Of a stretch of 64,000 bases of DNA, positions 28,270 through 37,636 are shown piece after piece. A program made the translations under genes and the position numbers. The stretch comes from Minisyncoccota bacterium (GTDB taxonomy: Bacteria > Patescibacteriota > Minisyncoccia > Phycocordibacterales > UBA9973): contig JAGOQI010000001.1 of assembly GCA_017991515.1 (NCBI GenBank), positions 41,641 through 105,640 of the forward strand, written 5' to 3'. The notes under the pieces are model-generated. The model ran no database searches. It saw nothing but the letters and a program-made list of their open reading frames with translations, and was not told where the DNA came from. How positions within the stretch are numbered: the first letter of the stretch is position 1; each line of letters starts with the position of its first letter.

Positions 28270-29760
28270 TTATCCTCGTTGTTCTGGCTGTCCGCCTCTT
28301 ATATGTTTATATTTTTCGGTGTAACGATCAAGTGTCTCTTCGACTTCAAAATTAGGAATCTCTAAACGCAATAACTCTATAGCATGTACTGCATCATAAA
28401 TATCATTTTTTGTTTCAATTTTGTAAATTGCATCACGCCACAAAATAGCTTTTTCATATTCACTGTTAGAAGAAGCTTTTTTCTCTAATGATTTTAACAT
28501 ATCCATAAATGCTTCATATATCCCTTGTTCAACACCACCTTTTTCAAATGTCCTTTCTTTGAAAGGTATTTTTACATTGTTTTGTTGCCCTGCCATCATT
28601 TTATAAATTTTGCCGCTTCTTTTCCATTGAAATGCTGTTGAGACAATTTTTTCATATAAATCCAAAGCTTTGTTTTTATCTTCTTGGCTAACCTTAACAA
28701 TAGACCTAACTATTGATAAATTAGCAAAAGCTCCTTGTTCTATTTCTTCTAAACTCCACCATGGTTTTGCAGATGCCCACCAAAAGTGATCTGACGCTAA
28801 AGCTTGGTCTAGCATACTTCTTATTTTTTTATATTCAGGATCTGCTTCAGACATTAGTTTTACAGATTCTTGCGCCAAATTAACCAAAGACCATTGCCAA
28901 GTGTGTATTTGATTTTCTGGATCAGACCATGATAAAAACTGAATGCCATTTTCAATATCAGACTGACTAGAAGCCCAGGTTGAAGCAATAGGGACAACCT
29001 CATCTGAAACAGGGAAGCTTTCTACTAATTCTGAAATCTTAACTAATTCAAAATCAGGGGAATCAAAAATTTCAAAAAGTAATTTTTCAAGACCTGGACG
29101 ATGGTGACCAAAAGTTTCTCCATCCATAGCTGTTAACAAATATGATTTATTATCCAACTCTTCTCCAAGTGCACTAACTAAAGATTGAGCCGAACGAACC
29201 ATAGAACTCATTATAAGATTACTCGGCCTTCTTTCTCTAAAGAAAACCTTAAGATCTGTACCTTTTAATCTATGGATACCCTCATATGAAAGTTGTTCAG
29301 TCTTACCATTAAAACTAATCTCATCTAATATTATCCATTCAAATCCTAGCTCAGCTATTATTTTCCCAACCTCTTCATCATAGGCCATCTCTGGTGGGAA
29401 AAAACCTTTAGGTTGGAAATCATTTCCTAAATATTTTTGAAGAGTTAGGGTATTAATTTTTATCTGACGGATAACTTCTTCTTTAGTTAAAAATGGTAAG
29501 AGTGCATGGTACTTTGCAGTTCCAGTAATCTCTAGTCTTCCTTCGTCAACTAATTTTTTAATAATATCAATAACATCTGAGTATCCATTTTCATCTAATA
29601 ACTCAAAAAGAGCACCAGTGATATTGATAGTCATCTTAACTTTTGGATTGTTAAGCATTTCGGAGAATATTGGTCTATAACTTTGGTGTACTACCGCTTC
29701 CAAAATATCAGGCTGTTGATTTGCAGGTTGATATATATGTAAAAAGTTGGCCCATTTCAT
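28270..29760 (-). CDS. Glycoside hydrolase family 57 alpha-glucan-active enzyme (branching enzyme or amylase-like)
   Basis: N-terminal …FLHIYQP… and overall GH57-like layout; sits between glgA and the phosphorylase. Confidence 0.5.
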   Translation of the reverse strand: MKWANFLHIYQPANQQPDILEAVVHQSYRPIFSEMLNNPKVKMTINITGALFELLDENGYSDVIDIIKKLVDEGRLEITGTAKYHALLPFLTKEEVIRQIKINTLTLQKYLGNDFQPKGFFPPEMAYDEEVGKIIAELGFEWIILDEISFNGKTEQLSYEGIHRLKGTDLKVFFRERRPSNLIMSSMVRSAQSLVSALGEELDNKSYLLTAMDGETFGHHRPGLEKLLFEIFDSPDFELVKISELVESFPVSDEVVPIASTWASSQSDIENGIQFLSWSDPENQIHTWQWSLVNLAQESVKLMSEADPEYKKIRSMLDQALASDHFWWASAKPWWSLEEIEQGAFANLSIVRSIVKVSQEDKNKALDLYEKIVSTAFQWKRSGKIYKMMAGQQNNVKIPFKERTFEKGGVEQGIYEAFMDMLKSLEKKASSNSEYEKAILWRDAIYKIETKNDIYDAVHAIELLRLEIPNFEVEETLDRYTEKYKHIRGGQPEQRG

Positions 29761-29766
29761 AATGTA

Positions 29767-31224
29767 CTATTTATTAAATTGATTAAGAGCCCTTTCAAAA
29801 AGTTTTATGTATTCTTTTGCTGACTTTTCCCAAGAAAAATTTGTTCCCATAGCTCTCTTTTGTATTTCTCTCCAAACTTTTGGATACCTATATGTCTCAT
29901 AAGCCCTAACAAAAGCCCCAAACAATGCATAGTGATCATAAGCTTCAAAAACAAAACCTGTTCCAAGATTATTTTTTAAGTCGACATCTTCAACGCTATC
30001 TACTAGTCCTCCAACATGACGAACAATAGGAACAACACCGTAACGCATTGCTTCCATTTGAGTAAGACCAGATGGTTCAAACCTAGATGGTATTAATATA
30101 GCATCAGCTCCCGAGTATATAACATGGGGAAGTATGTCGTCATAAGAGAGGTGAGTAGCAACATTTTTGTATTTTTTATCCAGTTCTTCAAAGAAGGATA
30201 AGTACTTAGAATCTCCAGAACCTAAAATAACAAATTGAAAATCAAAGTTATTCAAAAGTGGTTCTACTACCTCCATAACCAAATCAAAACCTTTCTGTTC
30301 CGCCAAGCGCCCTACCATAGCAACAACAAAAGTTTCTTTGTTCTCTGGTAAGTTAAATTTTTGTTGTAAGATTTTTTTATTTTTAAGTCTTTCGTTTAAA
30401 TCTTTAGAGTCGTATTTATATTCAACATAAGGATTAGTCTCTGGATTGTAAGCATCATAATTAATACCATTTAAGATACCAAAGAGTCTGGAGCGTCTCT
30501 CTTGCAACAAAGTATCCAAGGTCTCTCCGTATTCTGGACTAGTTATTTCTCGAGCATAGTTAGGGGAGACAGTATTGATAACATCAGCATAGCGAATACC
30601 TCGACGCATAAAATTTAATTTCAAGAGCCTGGGGTCTGAAATAGATGGGATTTCTGATTGACCATCATCATAATCAAGTTCGCTAATATGGTGATAGTCG
30701 TATGTTCCTTGAAAATGAATATTGTGAATTATAAAAATACTCGCAATAGTAGAGACAATAGGGTCGTCTTTATAATTACACTTCATATAGTTGGCGATTA
30801 ATCCTCCTTGCCAATCATTTCCGATGATAATATCAGGTTTCCATCCATCTTTACTTTTTGCAAATTCAATAGCTCCACGAGCAAGCAACGCCCACCGAGA
30901 CGCGTCATCATCATAACCATAAACACTACCTCTTTTTTCATAATACTCTTCGTTCTCAAGAAAATAAGTAATTAAACCTTCTGAAGACGAATACTCTTTA
31001 ACATTACAAATAATATCTTCGTGTTCTAAATCTGGAACATGCATTTGGTTGACCTTTGTTTTAAATTCAAATTTTTCCTGATCGATAATGCCGTATTTAG
31101 GAATAAGTGTTCGAGCATCATGACCTATTTCATTTAAGGCTTTTGGTAGGGCGTATAAAACTTCTCCTAAACCACCAACCTTAACAAAAGGAGCACATTC
31201 TGATCCCACAAAAAGTATTTTCAT
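29767..31224 (-). CDS. glgA: Glycogen/starch synthase (GT5)
   Basis: MKILFVGSECAPFVKVGGLGEV… ; ORF-track N-terminal extension to 31323 overlaps the upstream cupin gene, so the internal ATG at 31224 is used. Confidence 0.75.
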   Translation of the reverse strand: MKILFVGSECAPFVKVGGLGEVLYALPKALNEIGHDARTLIPKYGIIDQEKFEFKTKVNQMHVPDLEHEDIICNVKEYSSSEGLITYFLENEEYYEKRGSVYGYDDDASRWALLARGAIEFAKSKDGWKPDIIIGNDWQGGLIANYMKCNYKDDPIVSTIASIFIIHNIHFQGTYDYHHISELDYDDGQSEIPSISDPRLLKLNFMRRGIRYADVINTVSPNYAREITSPEYGETLDTLLQERRSRLFGILNGINYDAYNPETNPYVEYKYDSKDLNERLKNKKILQQKFNLPENKETFVVAMVGRLAEQKGFDLVMEVVEPLLNNFDFQFVILGSGDSKYLSFFEELDKKYKNVATHLSYDDILPHVIYSGADAILIPSRFEPSGLTQMEAMRYGVVPIVRHVGGLVDSVEDVDLKNNLGTGFVFEAYDHYALFGAFVRAYETYRYPKVWREIQKRAMGTNFSWEKSAKEYIKLFERALNQFNK

Positions 31225-31252
31225 TTTTTTGCCTTGCTTCATAAAATTCATA

Positions 31253-31843
31253 CTAATTTTTCTCAATAATAATGTTTGGTACATTTTTATAATTAGGATT
31301 TTTAATAAAATCAGGATTACCATCTTTACTTACTACATAATAAGCAAAACCTCTATTGTCTTTAACTGGCTTATAGTCAGCATGTATTGGCCACGAAGCT
31401 TTTTCGTTTTTAGACATTGCCACAGGGCTATCATCAGATGTTACTAACCAAGACTCTCCTATATTAATAATAAGATGTCCTGATTTTGGTGGAACAGTAA
31501 TAACACTTCCTGCGCTAAAATAAATAGCTTTTATACTCTCTACTTCGTTATCGATCAGTTCTCCACTTGAAAGCTTTTTTCTTTCTTGTAAAAGCATTAT
31601 TCCTTCACCGGACAAAACTGTATAAATTTCTGGCAATTCATCTACATGATAGTGACCATAAGCCTTTATATACTCACCACCAACATTTCCACTTTCCAGT
31701 ACTGTGATATTTTTTTTCTGACTTCCACCTCGAATCATATAATAGTGAACATTTGGTCCTGAGCTTTCAGGAGACATCAAAACATCTTTCATCTCTTCAT
31801 GAGTGCGTACAGCCATGATGTCTGTCTTATGCAAAGTATCCAT
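31253..31843 (-). CDS. Cupin-type glucose-6-phosphate isomerase (archaeal cPGI-like)
   Basis: Core GEYIKAYGHYHVDELPEIYTVLSGEG plus later PPKSGHLIIN matches the metal-binding cupin PGI signature (T-x-G-H-x-H … E-x-Y … H) as recalled from Pyrococcus/Thermococcus PGI. Confidence 0.5.
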   Translation of the reverse strand: MDTLHKTDIMAVRTHEEMKDVLMSPESSGPNVHYYMIRGGSQKKNITVLESGNVGGEYIKAYGHYHVDELPEIYTVLSGEGIMLLQERKKLSSGELIDNEVESIKAIYFSAGSVITVPPKSGHLIINIGESWLVTSDDSPVAMSKNEKASWPIHADYKPVKDNRGFAYYVVSKDGNPDFIKNPNYKNVPNIIIEKN

Positions 31844-31965
31844 AGTGAATAAATTGTAACACGGGAAGCCTATATAAATTATTTATTTGAGCGATACAAA
31901 ATAGAAAAAATGTGTTATAATATGCAAATAATAAAGGTTTTTGTAACAAATATACTTATCAAAAT

Positions 31966-33048
31966 ATGTCAAAAGATTATTACAATATATTAGGAGTCGA
32001 TAAGTCAGCTTCAAAAGATGAAATAAAAAAAGCTTTTCATAAAATGGCTCATAAATATCATCCTGATAAATCTGGTGGGGATGAAGCTAAATTTAAAGAA
32101 GTAAATGAAGCTTATCAAACTCTTCATGATGATCAGAAGCGTGCTGGCTATGATCAGTTCGGTAGCGATGGACCACAAATGGGTGGCTTCGGTGGACAAT
32201 CAAGCGGCTTTGGTGGCTTTGACTTTTCTGGATTTAATCAAAGTGGTGGTTCCGGTGAAGCTTTCGAATTCGACCTAGGAGATATGTTTGGAGGGATGTT
32301 CGGTGGCGGACGACAAGCGCGCAAACCTCGAGGAAACGACTTACAAACATCTATGACTATTGATTTCAAGGATTCTATTTTTGGAATTGAAAAAGAACTC
32401 AAAGTTACCAAGCCTTCTGTTTGTAATACATGTAAGGGAGACGGTGCAACGCCTGGAACAAAGCTTGAAACTTGTAGTACTTGTAATGGTAACGGAGTAG
32501 TTCGAAATATCCAACGAACAATCCTTGGTTCTATCGCTACAAATCAAACTTGTACCAAATGTGCCGGCTCAGGAAAAATACCAAAAGACCCATGTAAAAC
32601 TTGTCGTGGAACAGGAGTCGTAAACGACACTCGCACTATCAAACTCTCTGTTCCTGCAGGTATCCAAAATGGCGAGACGCTAAGACTCTCAAGTATGGGT
32701 GAAGCTGTCCAAGGCGGACCTTCTGGAGACTTATATGTACACATCACAGTCACGCCTCACAAAACTATTGCTCGAAAAGGTGCTGACCTCTATACAAACC
32801 TAGACATCAAACTCACTGATGCATTACTTGGCGCACAATACGCCGTTGAAACTCTTGATGGTTCTATGCCTATAGCTATACCTTCTGGAACAAAAATAGG
32901 AAGCACTGTTGTACTCAAAGACAAAGGTGTACCGATAAATAAAAACAAAAGAGGGAGTTTCGTAGTAAATCTAAATATCAAACTCCCAGAAAAACTTTCA
33001 AAAGAAGCTAAAGCTATTATTGAACAGTTGAAAAACGAAGGAATATAA
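31966..33048 (+). CDS. dnaJ: Chaperone DnaJ
   Basis: J-domain HPD motif (KYHPDK), G/F-rich linker, four CxxCxGxG zinc-finger repeats. Confidence 0.9.
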   Translation: MSKDYYNILGVDKSASKDEIKKAFHKMAHKYHPDKSGGDEAKFKEVNEAYQTLHDDQKRAGYDQFGSDGPQMGGFGGQSSGFGGFDFSGFNQSGGSGEAFEFDLGDMFGGMFGGGRQARKPRGNDLQTSMTIDFKDSIFGIEKELKVTKPSVCNTCKGDGATPGTKLETCSTCNGNGVVRNIQRTILGSIATNQTCTKCAGSGKIPKDPCKTCRGTGVVNDTRTIKLSVPAGIQNGETLRLSSMGEAVQGGPSGDLYVHITVTPHKTIARKGADLYTNLDIKLTDALLGAQYAVETLDGSMPIAIPSGTKIGSTVVLKDKGVPINKNKRGSFVVNLNIKLPEKLSKEAKAIIEQLKNEGI

Positions 33049-33051
33049 AAA

Positions 33052-33543
33052 TTAATGCTCGTGCTTATGAGTATGAGGAAGTAGGTGAGAGAGCACACAG
33101 CCCATAACTCCACCAAGGACTATGAACTCAAGTATTGAGGAATGACTCTCTGTTATCGCACTTGCGACTCTAGGAACAAAGAAGTAAATACATATCACGC
33201 CAAGTGTAATACTAGAATACATTTGGTAGCGAACATTATAAAAATGCTTTTTAACTTCTCCCCATAGAAATACATAGTCCATGGCAACATGAACAAGTAT
33301 CCAAAATAGTACAACTGAGGTGAAAGAAAATCCAAGCGAAGCATATTCAATAGCTTCTATGGTCATGTGAGCTACAAGAAAAAGCAAGCTTATGACATGG
33401 CTAGTACGGTGGGAGACCAAAGCTACAACAAATCCTAGTGCTAGAAAAGGCGCAAGGCTCCAAGAAATACCTGTTTCAAAAACATGTACTAATAAAACAC
33501 CTAGATATAAAGCCAAAAAAATTTTCCAAATATATTTCTTCAT
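33052..33543 (-). CDS. Hypothetical polytopic membrane protein with His-rich ends
   Basis: Four or five predicted TM helices; convergent with dnaJ. Confidence 0.4.
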   Translation of the reverse strand: MKKYIWKIFLALYLGVLLVHVFETGISWSLAPFLALGFVVALVSHRTSHVISLLFLVAHMTIEAIEYASLGFSFTSVVLFWILVHVAMDYVFLWGEVKKHFYNVRYQMYSSITLGVICIYFFVPRVASAITESHSSILEFIVLGGVMGCVLSHLLPHTHKHEH

Positions 33544-33570
33544 AGTTATACACCATCATAACATTGACCG

Positions 33571-33600
33571 ACATACTTTAAAATAGTTATAATATTAAGC
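33571..33600 (+). promoter_or_regulatory. Sigma-70-like promoter TTGACC-N17-TTATAAT
   Basis: Read directly; about 40 nt upstream of small ORF 33642. Confidence 0.4.
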
Positions 33601-33641
33601 GAATTAAGTCCAATTCTAAACTCTTTTTAAAAATAGCAAGT

Positions 33642-33818
33642 ATGATAATAAAAAATATTTTTATTGCTTTTGTTGCGGGTATTATTATAGGGTTAATACT
33701 AGGAGTAGTATTTAAAGTACATGGTTGGTGGTGGATGACACTACTATCTTTTTACACAGTATTAATAATAGCTGGATATAAAAGAAATGAAAGAATAGAA
33801 AAAATACAAAACAATTGA
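33642..33818 (+). CDS. Small membrane protein (58 aa, two hydrophobic helices, WWW motif)
   Basis: ATG 33642..TGA 33818; strong promoter upstream and terminator immediately downstream. Confidence 0.3.
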   Translation: MIIKNIFIAFVAGIIIGLILGVVFKVHGWWWMTLLSFYTVLIIAGYKRNERIEKIQNN

Positions 33819-33857
33819 CATCCAGTTTTAATTTATAACTGGATGTTTTTATTTTTT
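33819..33857 (+). terminator. Rho-independent terminator (CATCCAGTT…AACTGGATG + T-run)
   Basis: 9-bp perfect stem and T-run. Confidence 0.6.
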
Positions 33858-33868
33858 AAAACAAAAAA

Positions 33869-33891
33869 CTAGCAAGAACGGTTCTTGCTAG
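33869..33891. repeat. Copy 2 of palindromic element: perfect 23-bp palindrome CTAGCAAGAACGGTTCTTGCTAG
   Basis: Perfect inverted repeat around a central G; flanked by A-run and T-run, so can act as bidirectional terminator for GNAT gene (minus) and small ORF (plus). Confidence 0.55.
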
Positions 33892-33899
33892 TTTTGATT

Positions 33900-34460
33900 T
33901 CATTTTCTTAACTTTAACCAATCTCTTTTGAAAACTGAAAGTAGTACTTGATCATGGTATTTTCCATCACGATAATGATGTCTTTTTAAAACACCTTCTA
34001 CTTTGTAACCACAATTTTGATTATGCTTGATACTTCCTTTGTTTTTTGCAAAAGCATCACTACATATCTTACGGAGATTAAGAGTCATGAAAGCATACTC
34101 CAACAAAAGCATTTTTGCTTCTCTGGCATACCCTTTGTTCCACTCTTCTTTTGCGCCAAGCATAGAACCTGTACAAGCTATACCGCTTACATAATCAATA
34201 CGATGTAGCCCCATAGTACCAAGGAATTTATTGTCTTTTTTCAAAACAACAGCTAAGACAATGTTGTTAGGGTTTCTCGAAGAAACTCTTTTTATCCATT
34301 CTTCTTCGTCTCCTTTAGATAAAGGGTAAGTACTTGATAGATATTTCCTAACATCAGGGTCATTAACAAACCTTTGAACTAAACTCAAATCACTAAGATC
34401 AAGTGGTCTTAAGTAGAGTCTTTTGCCTTGCAAGAAAATTACCGGGGTTTTCTTTTTCAT
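33900..34460 (-). CDS. GNAT N-acetyltransferase (RimJ/RimL-like)
   Basis: …LYLRPLDLSDLSLVQRFVNDPDVRKYL… and GNAT motif A region; internal ATG at 34460 preferred because a hairpin lies inside the ORF-track extension 34461..34526. Confidence 0.6.
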   Translation of the reverse strand: MKKKTPVIFLQGKRLYLRPLDLSDLSLVQRFVNDPDVRKYLSSTYPLSKGDEEEWIKRVSSRNPNNIVLAVVLKKDNKFLGTMGLHRIDYVSGIACTGSMLGAKEEWNKGYAREAKMLLLEYAFMTLNLRKICSDAFAKNKGSIKHNQNCGYKVEGVLKRHHYRDGKYHDQVLLSVFKRDWLKLRK

Positions 34461-34680
34461 AATTTTAATTTTTAAAGTTAAATAATAAAAGAACAACCGA
34501 CTCATCATGAGCCGGTTGTTATACAAGATTGAGAAATAATTACTTATTTATACAAATACCGGACCACGAGAAAAAGCGACAGGGAAGTGAGCTCCTGACC
34601 AAACTTGTTTCATATTAGTTTGTATACATAAATAATGCATAAGCCATATAATACTATATTTTTTGTTTTTGTAAAGTTTA

Positions 34681-34703
34681 CTAGCAAGAACGGTTCTAGC
34701 TAG
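34681..34703. repeat. Copy 3 of palindromic element CTAGCAAGAACGGTTCTAGCTAG
   Basis: Differs from copy 2 by two substitutions in the right arm; about 15 nt upstream of the promoter for 34822. Confidence 0.5.
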
Positions 34704-34719
34704 TTTGAGACTATAAAGA

Positions 34720-34748
34720 TTGACAAAAGGGTATAAATATGCTATTAT
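34720..34748 (+). promoter_or_regulatory. Near-consensus sigma-70 promoter TTGACA-N17-TATTAT
   Basis: Read directly; gives a roughly 65-nt leader before ATG 34822. Confidence 0.5.
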
Positions 34749-34821
34749 ATGGATATAGTTCTTTGAATGTTTTAGTTGGTTTTCCAGAGTTTCTGAAGGG
34801 GGTTTTGGTAAATCAACTAAA

Positions 34822-35226
34822 ATGCAAAATAAAATAATAAATTTAGGAATGCTAAACGCAAGACTCGGTTCAGCAATATTTAAGAATATAGAAAAATTAA
34901 TTCAATTATTTAAATTCACTGAGGATGTAAGAACCTATCAGTTCAGCCACGAAGAAGCTTCTACACATCTTCAGCGTATTTTTACTAATTATAATGGAGG
35001 TCTATTAATTGAACCATCATTCTTAAATGAAGAAAATTACCTCGCAATAAGAGAAGGAGTAGTTGTTGAAATCAGAGGAACTTGGTGTTCAAAATCAACT
35101 ATTATACGAGTTAATAAAACATCAACAGTAGAATCCGTTCTATACGATATTAACCCTTGTAATGGATTGGACAGTTACAGGATGTACCAACATTCACAAC
35201 CTTATCCTTCCTGGATAAAACATTGA
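34822..35226 (+). CDS. Hypothetical protein (134 aa)
   Basis: Intact ORF between strong promoter and strong terminator; no family recognised. Confidence 0.5.
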   Translation: MQNKIINLGMLNARLGSAIFKNIEKLIQLFKFTEDVRTYQFSHEEASTHLQRIFTNYNGGLLIEPSFLNEENYLAIREGVVVEIRGTWCSKSTIIRVNKTSTVESVLYDINPCNGLDSYRMYQHSQPYPSWIKH

Positions 35227-35241
35227 TCTTAATTTAATGAC

Positions 35242-35275
35242 CCCGTATTAATAAAACTAATACGGGTTTTTTTAT
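35242..35275 (+). terminator. Rho-independent terminator (CCCGTATTA…TAATACGGG + T9)
   Basis: 9-bp perfect stem and T-run. Confidence 0.65.
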
Positions 35276-35305
35276 TCGTAAATTCTTGCTAGAATATAGC
35301 TATAT

Positions 35306-36766
35306 ATGGCATCGCTTGAAGAGCTTCGAGAGGAGCGACTTAAAAAGAGACAAATTCTCGAAGAGAAGGGTTTTGATACCTATCCTGCCAAAAGCACTCG
35401 AACACACACTATTTTTGATTTCAACATAGCTTTTGATACTTTGGCGGAGTCTAAGGAGGTAGTTACTATTGCAGGTAGAGTAATGAGTCAAAGAGGTCAG
35501 GGAGCGCTCGCTTTTGCTGACATGTTCGATGGAACGGGAAAAACTCAATTATTCCTGAAGTCAGATGAAATGGATTCTGATATTTATACTCTTTGGAATG
35601 ACACTACAGATGTGGGTGACTTCGTTGAAGCGACCGGTATTGCTTACCTTACAAAGCGTGGAGAGAAAGCACTCTTTGTAAGTGATTGGAAGATGCTAAC
35701 CAAAAGTTTACTTCCGCTTCCTGAAAAGTGGCACGGCATCACAGATCCTGACGAAAGATATCGTAAGAGATATTTGGATATCCTTACTGATCCAGAACTT
35801 CAAGACCTCTTTTATAAGAAATCACAATTTTGGGAAGTCACTAGAAACTTTATGAAAGAAGCAGGTTTTCTAGAAGTAGAAACTCCGACTATCGAAGTCA
35901 CTACTGGTGGAGCCGAGGCCAATCCTTTCAAAACTCGACACAATGACTTTGATATTGATGTCTTTATGCGTATCTCGGTGGGGGAGCTTTGGCAAAAGCG
36001 TTTGATGGCGGCAGGTTTTGCCAAGACTTTTGAAATAGGAAGAGTATATAGAAATGAAGGCTCTAGTCCTGACCACTTACAAGAATTCACAAATATGGAA
36101 TTCTATTGGGCATACGCTGACTATGAAATGGGAATGGATATAGTTGAAAGACTTTATAAGAAGATAGCAGTGGATGTATTTGGAAAAACAGAGTTCACAA
36201 CCCGTGGACATACTTTTGATCTCAACGATACTTGGAAAAAGATTGATTATGTAGAAGAAATAGAAAAACAAACTGGTATCAATGTACTAGATGCAAGTGA
36301 TGCCGATATGAAAGCCAAACTTGATGAACTCGGCGTGAAGTACACAGGAGAGAACAGAGAGAGACTGACAGACACACTTTGGAAGTATTGTCGTAAATCT
36401 ATCTCTGGTCCTGCATTTCTCGTGCGAGTACCGAAACTTGTTTCGCCACTGGCAAAAGCTTGTACTGATGACCCAAGAGTGACTGAGCGTTTCCAAGTAC
36501 TTCTTGCAGGGAGCGAGGTAGGAAACGGTTTTTCTGAACTAAATGATCCTATAGACCAAAGAGCTCGTTTTGAACTCCAACAATCCTTAATAGAAGCAGG
36601 GGATGAAGAAGCTATGATGCCTGAATGGGAATTCGTAGAGATGCTAGAGCACGGCATGCCACCGACCTGTGGCTTCGGCTTCGGCGAAAGACTCTTTGCT
36701 TTCCTTGTCGACAAACCCCTCCGCGAAACACAACTCTTTCCACTACTAAAACCTAAAAATGAGTAG
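35306..36766 (+). CDS. lysS: Lysine--tRNA ligase (class II)
   Basis: Anticodon-binding OB fold then class II motifs (…RVYRNEGSSPDHLQEFTNMEFYWAY…GFGFGERL…). Confidence 0.9.
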   Translation: MASLEELREERLKKRQILEEKGFDTYPAKSTRTHTIFDFNIAFDTLAESKEVVTIAGRVMSQRGQGALAFADMFDGTGKTQLFLKSDEMDSDIYTLWNDTTDVGDFVEATGIAYLTKRGEKALFVSDWKMLTKSLLPLPEKWHGITDPDERYRKRYLDILTDPELQDLFYKKSQFWEVTRNFMKEAGFLEVETPTIEVTTGGAEANPFKTRHNDFDIDVFMRISVGELWQKRLMAAGFAKTFEIGRVYRNEGSSPDHLQEFTNMEFYWAYADYEMGMDIVERLYKKIAVDVFGKTEFTTRGHTFDLNDTWKKIDYVEEIEKQTGINVLDASDADMKAKLDELGVKYTGENRERLTDTLWKYCRKSISGPAFLVRVPKLVSPLAKACTDDPRVTERFQVLLAGSEVGNGFSELNDPIDQRARFELQQSLIEAGDEEAMMPEWEFVEMLEHGMPPTCGFGFGERLFAFLVDKPLRETQLFPLLKPKNE

Positions 36767-37145
36767 TATGAGAGGTGTAATTTTTATTATTACAAAGCCA
36801 GATAAAACATTCCTTCTACAACTTCGTGATGGTAACTCAAAAAAGTTTCCTTGGACATGGTGTTTTCCTGGAGGATCTTCTGAAAATAACGAGCAACCTC
36901 AAGAAACAGTTATTCGGGAAGTAAAAGAAGAATATAATATTGATTTAAATAGAGAGAATATAAAATACTTAACAAATTTTCCAGACGAAAATAATAGTGT
37001 TTACATTTGCCATGTAGAACAAGATTGTAAACCAAAACTCCAAGAGGGTGCTGATATGAAATGGGTTACAATAGAAGAACTCAAGCAAATTGAACTAGGT
37101 TTTGATCAAAAGCCTTTAATAGAATTGTTAGAGAATATATTATGA
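36759..37145 (+). CDS. NUDIX hydrolase
   Basis: Nudix box GGSSENNEQPQETVIREVKEEYNI; 8-nt overlap with lysS. Confidence 0.7.
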   Translation: MSSMRGVIFIITKPDKTFLLQLRDGNSKKFPWTWCFPGGSSENNEQPQETVIREVKEEYNIDLNRENIKYLTNFPDENNSVYICHVEQDCKPKLQEGADMKWVTIEELKQIELGFDQKPLIELLENIL

Positions 37146-37636
37146 AAATCACAGAGGAGCATATAGGATACACTGGGATAAAATATATTCTTGAATACCA
37201 AGATACTGATTCTTTTGATGAATTACCGCTTGATAGATGCAAGCAGTGTTATGGTGTATGTTTTTATGAGGATAAAATATTTATAGGTTACGATGGGAAT
37301 AAAAACTTCTGGGGACTAGTTGGCGGATCAGTTGAAGAAGGAGAATCTTTAGAGCAAACACTGGGAAGAGAAGTCCGAGAGGAATCTAATACAGAAATTT
37401 TAAACTTTATACCTATTGGATACCAAAAAGTGACAAACACTGAGAATGATAAAAATTTTTACCAACTCCGCTACGCTTGTTTGGTTAAACCATACGGGCC
37501 TTTTATCGCAGACCCTGCTGGTTCTGTAACTGAAATTAAACTTATTGACCCGAAAGACTACAAGCAATATTTTGATTGGGGTAAAATAGGAGAGAGAATT
37601 ATAAACCGAGCTATAGAACTAAAAGAAAAATTATGA
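37142..37636 (+). CDS. NUDIX hydrolase (second, divergent paralogue)
   Basis: Nudix box GGSVEEGESLEQTLGREVREESNTEI; ATGA overlap with previous gene. Confidence 0.6.
   Translation: MKITEEHIGYTGIKYILEYQDTDSFDELPLDRCKQCYGVCFYEDKIFIGYDGNKNFWGLVGGSVEEGESLEQTLGREVREESNTEILNFIPIGYQKVTNTENDKNFYQLRYACLVKPYGPFIADPAGSVTEIKLIDPKDYKQYFDWGKIGERIINRAIELKEKL

Noticed and set aside
31225-31323. N-terminal extension of the glgA ORF (ORF-track start 31323)
   Set aside because: The extension is hydrophobic junk and overlaps the 3' end of the cupin PGI gene by about 70 nt; the conserved GT5 N-terminus MKILFVGSE begins at the internal ATG 31224
34461-34526. N-terminal extension of the GNAT ORF (ORF-track start 34526)
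   Set aside because: A 12-bp imperfect hairpin (CAACCGACTCAT/CATGAGCCGGTTG) lies inside the extension, and the conserved GNAT N-terminus starts at the internal MKKKTPV
36247-36714. 155-aa minus-strand Ser-rich ORF inside lysS
   Set aside because: Antisense to lysS; composition artefact
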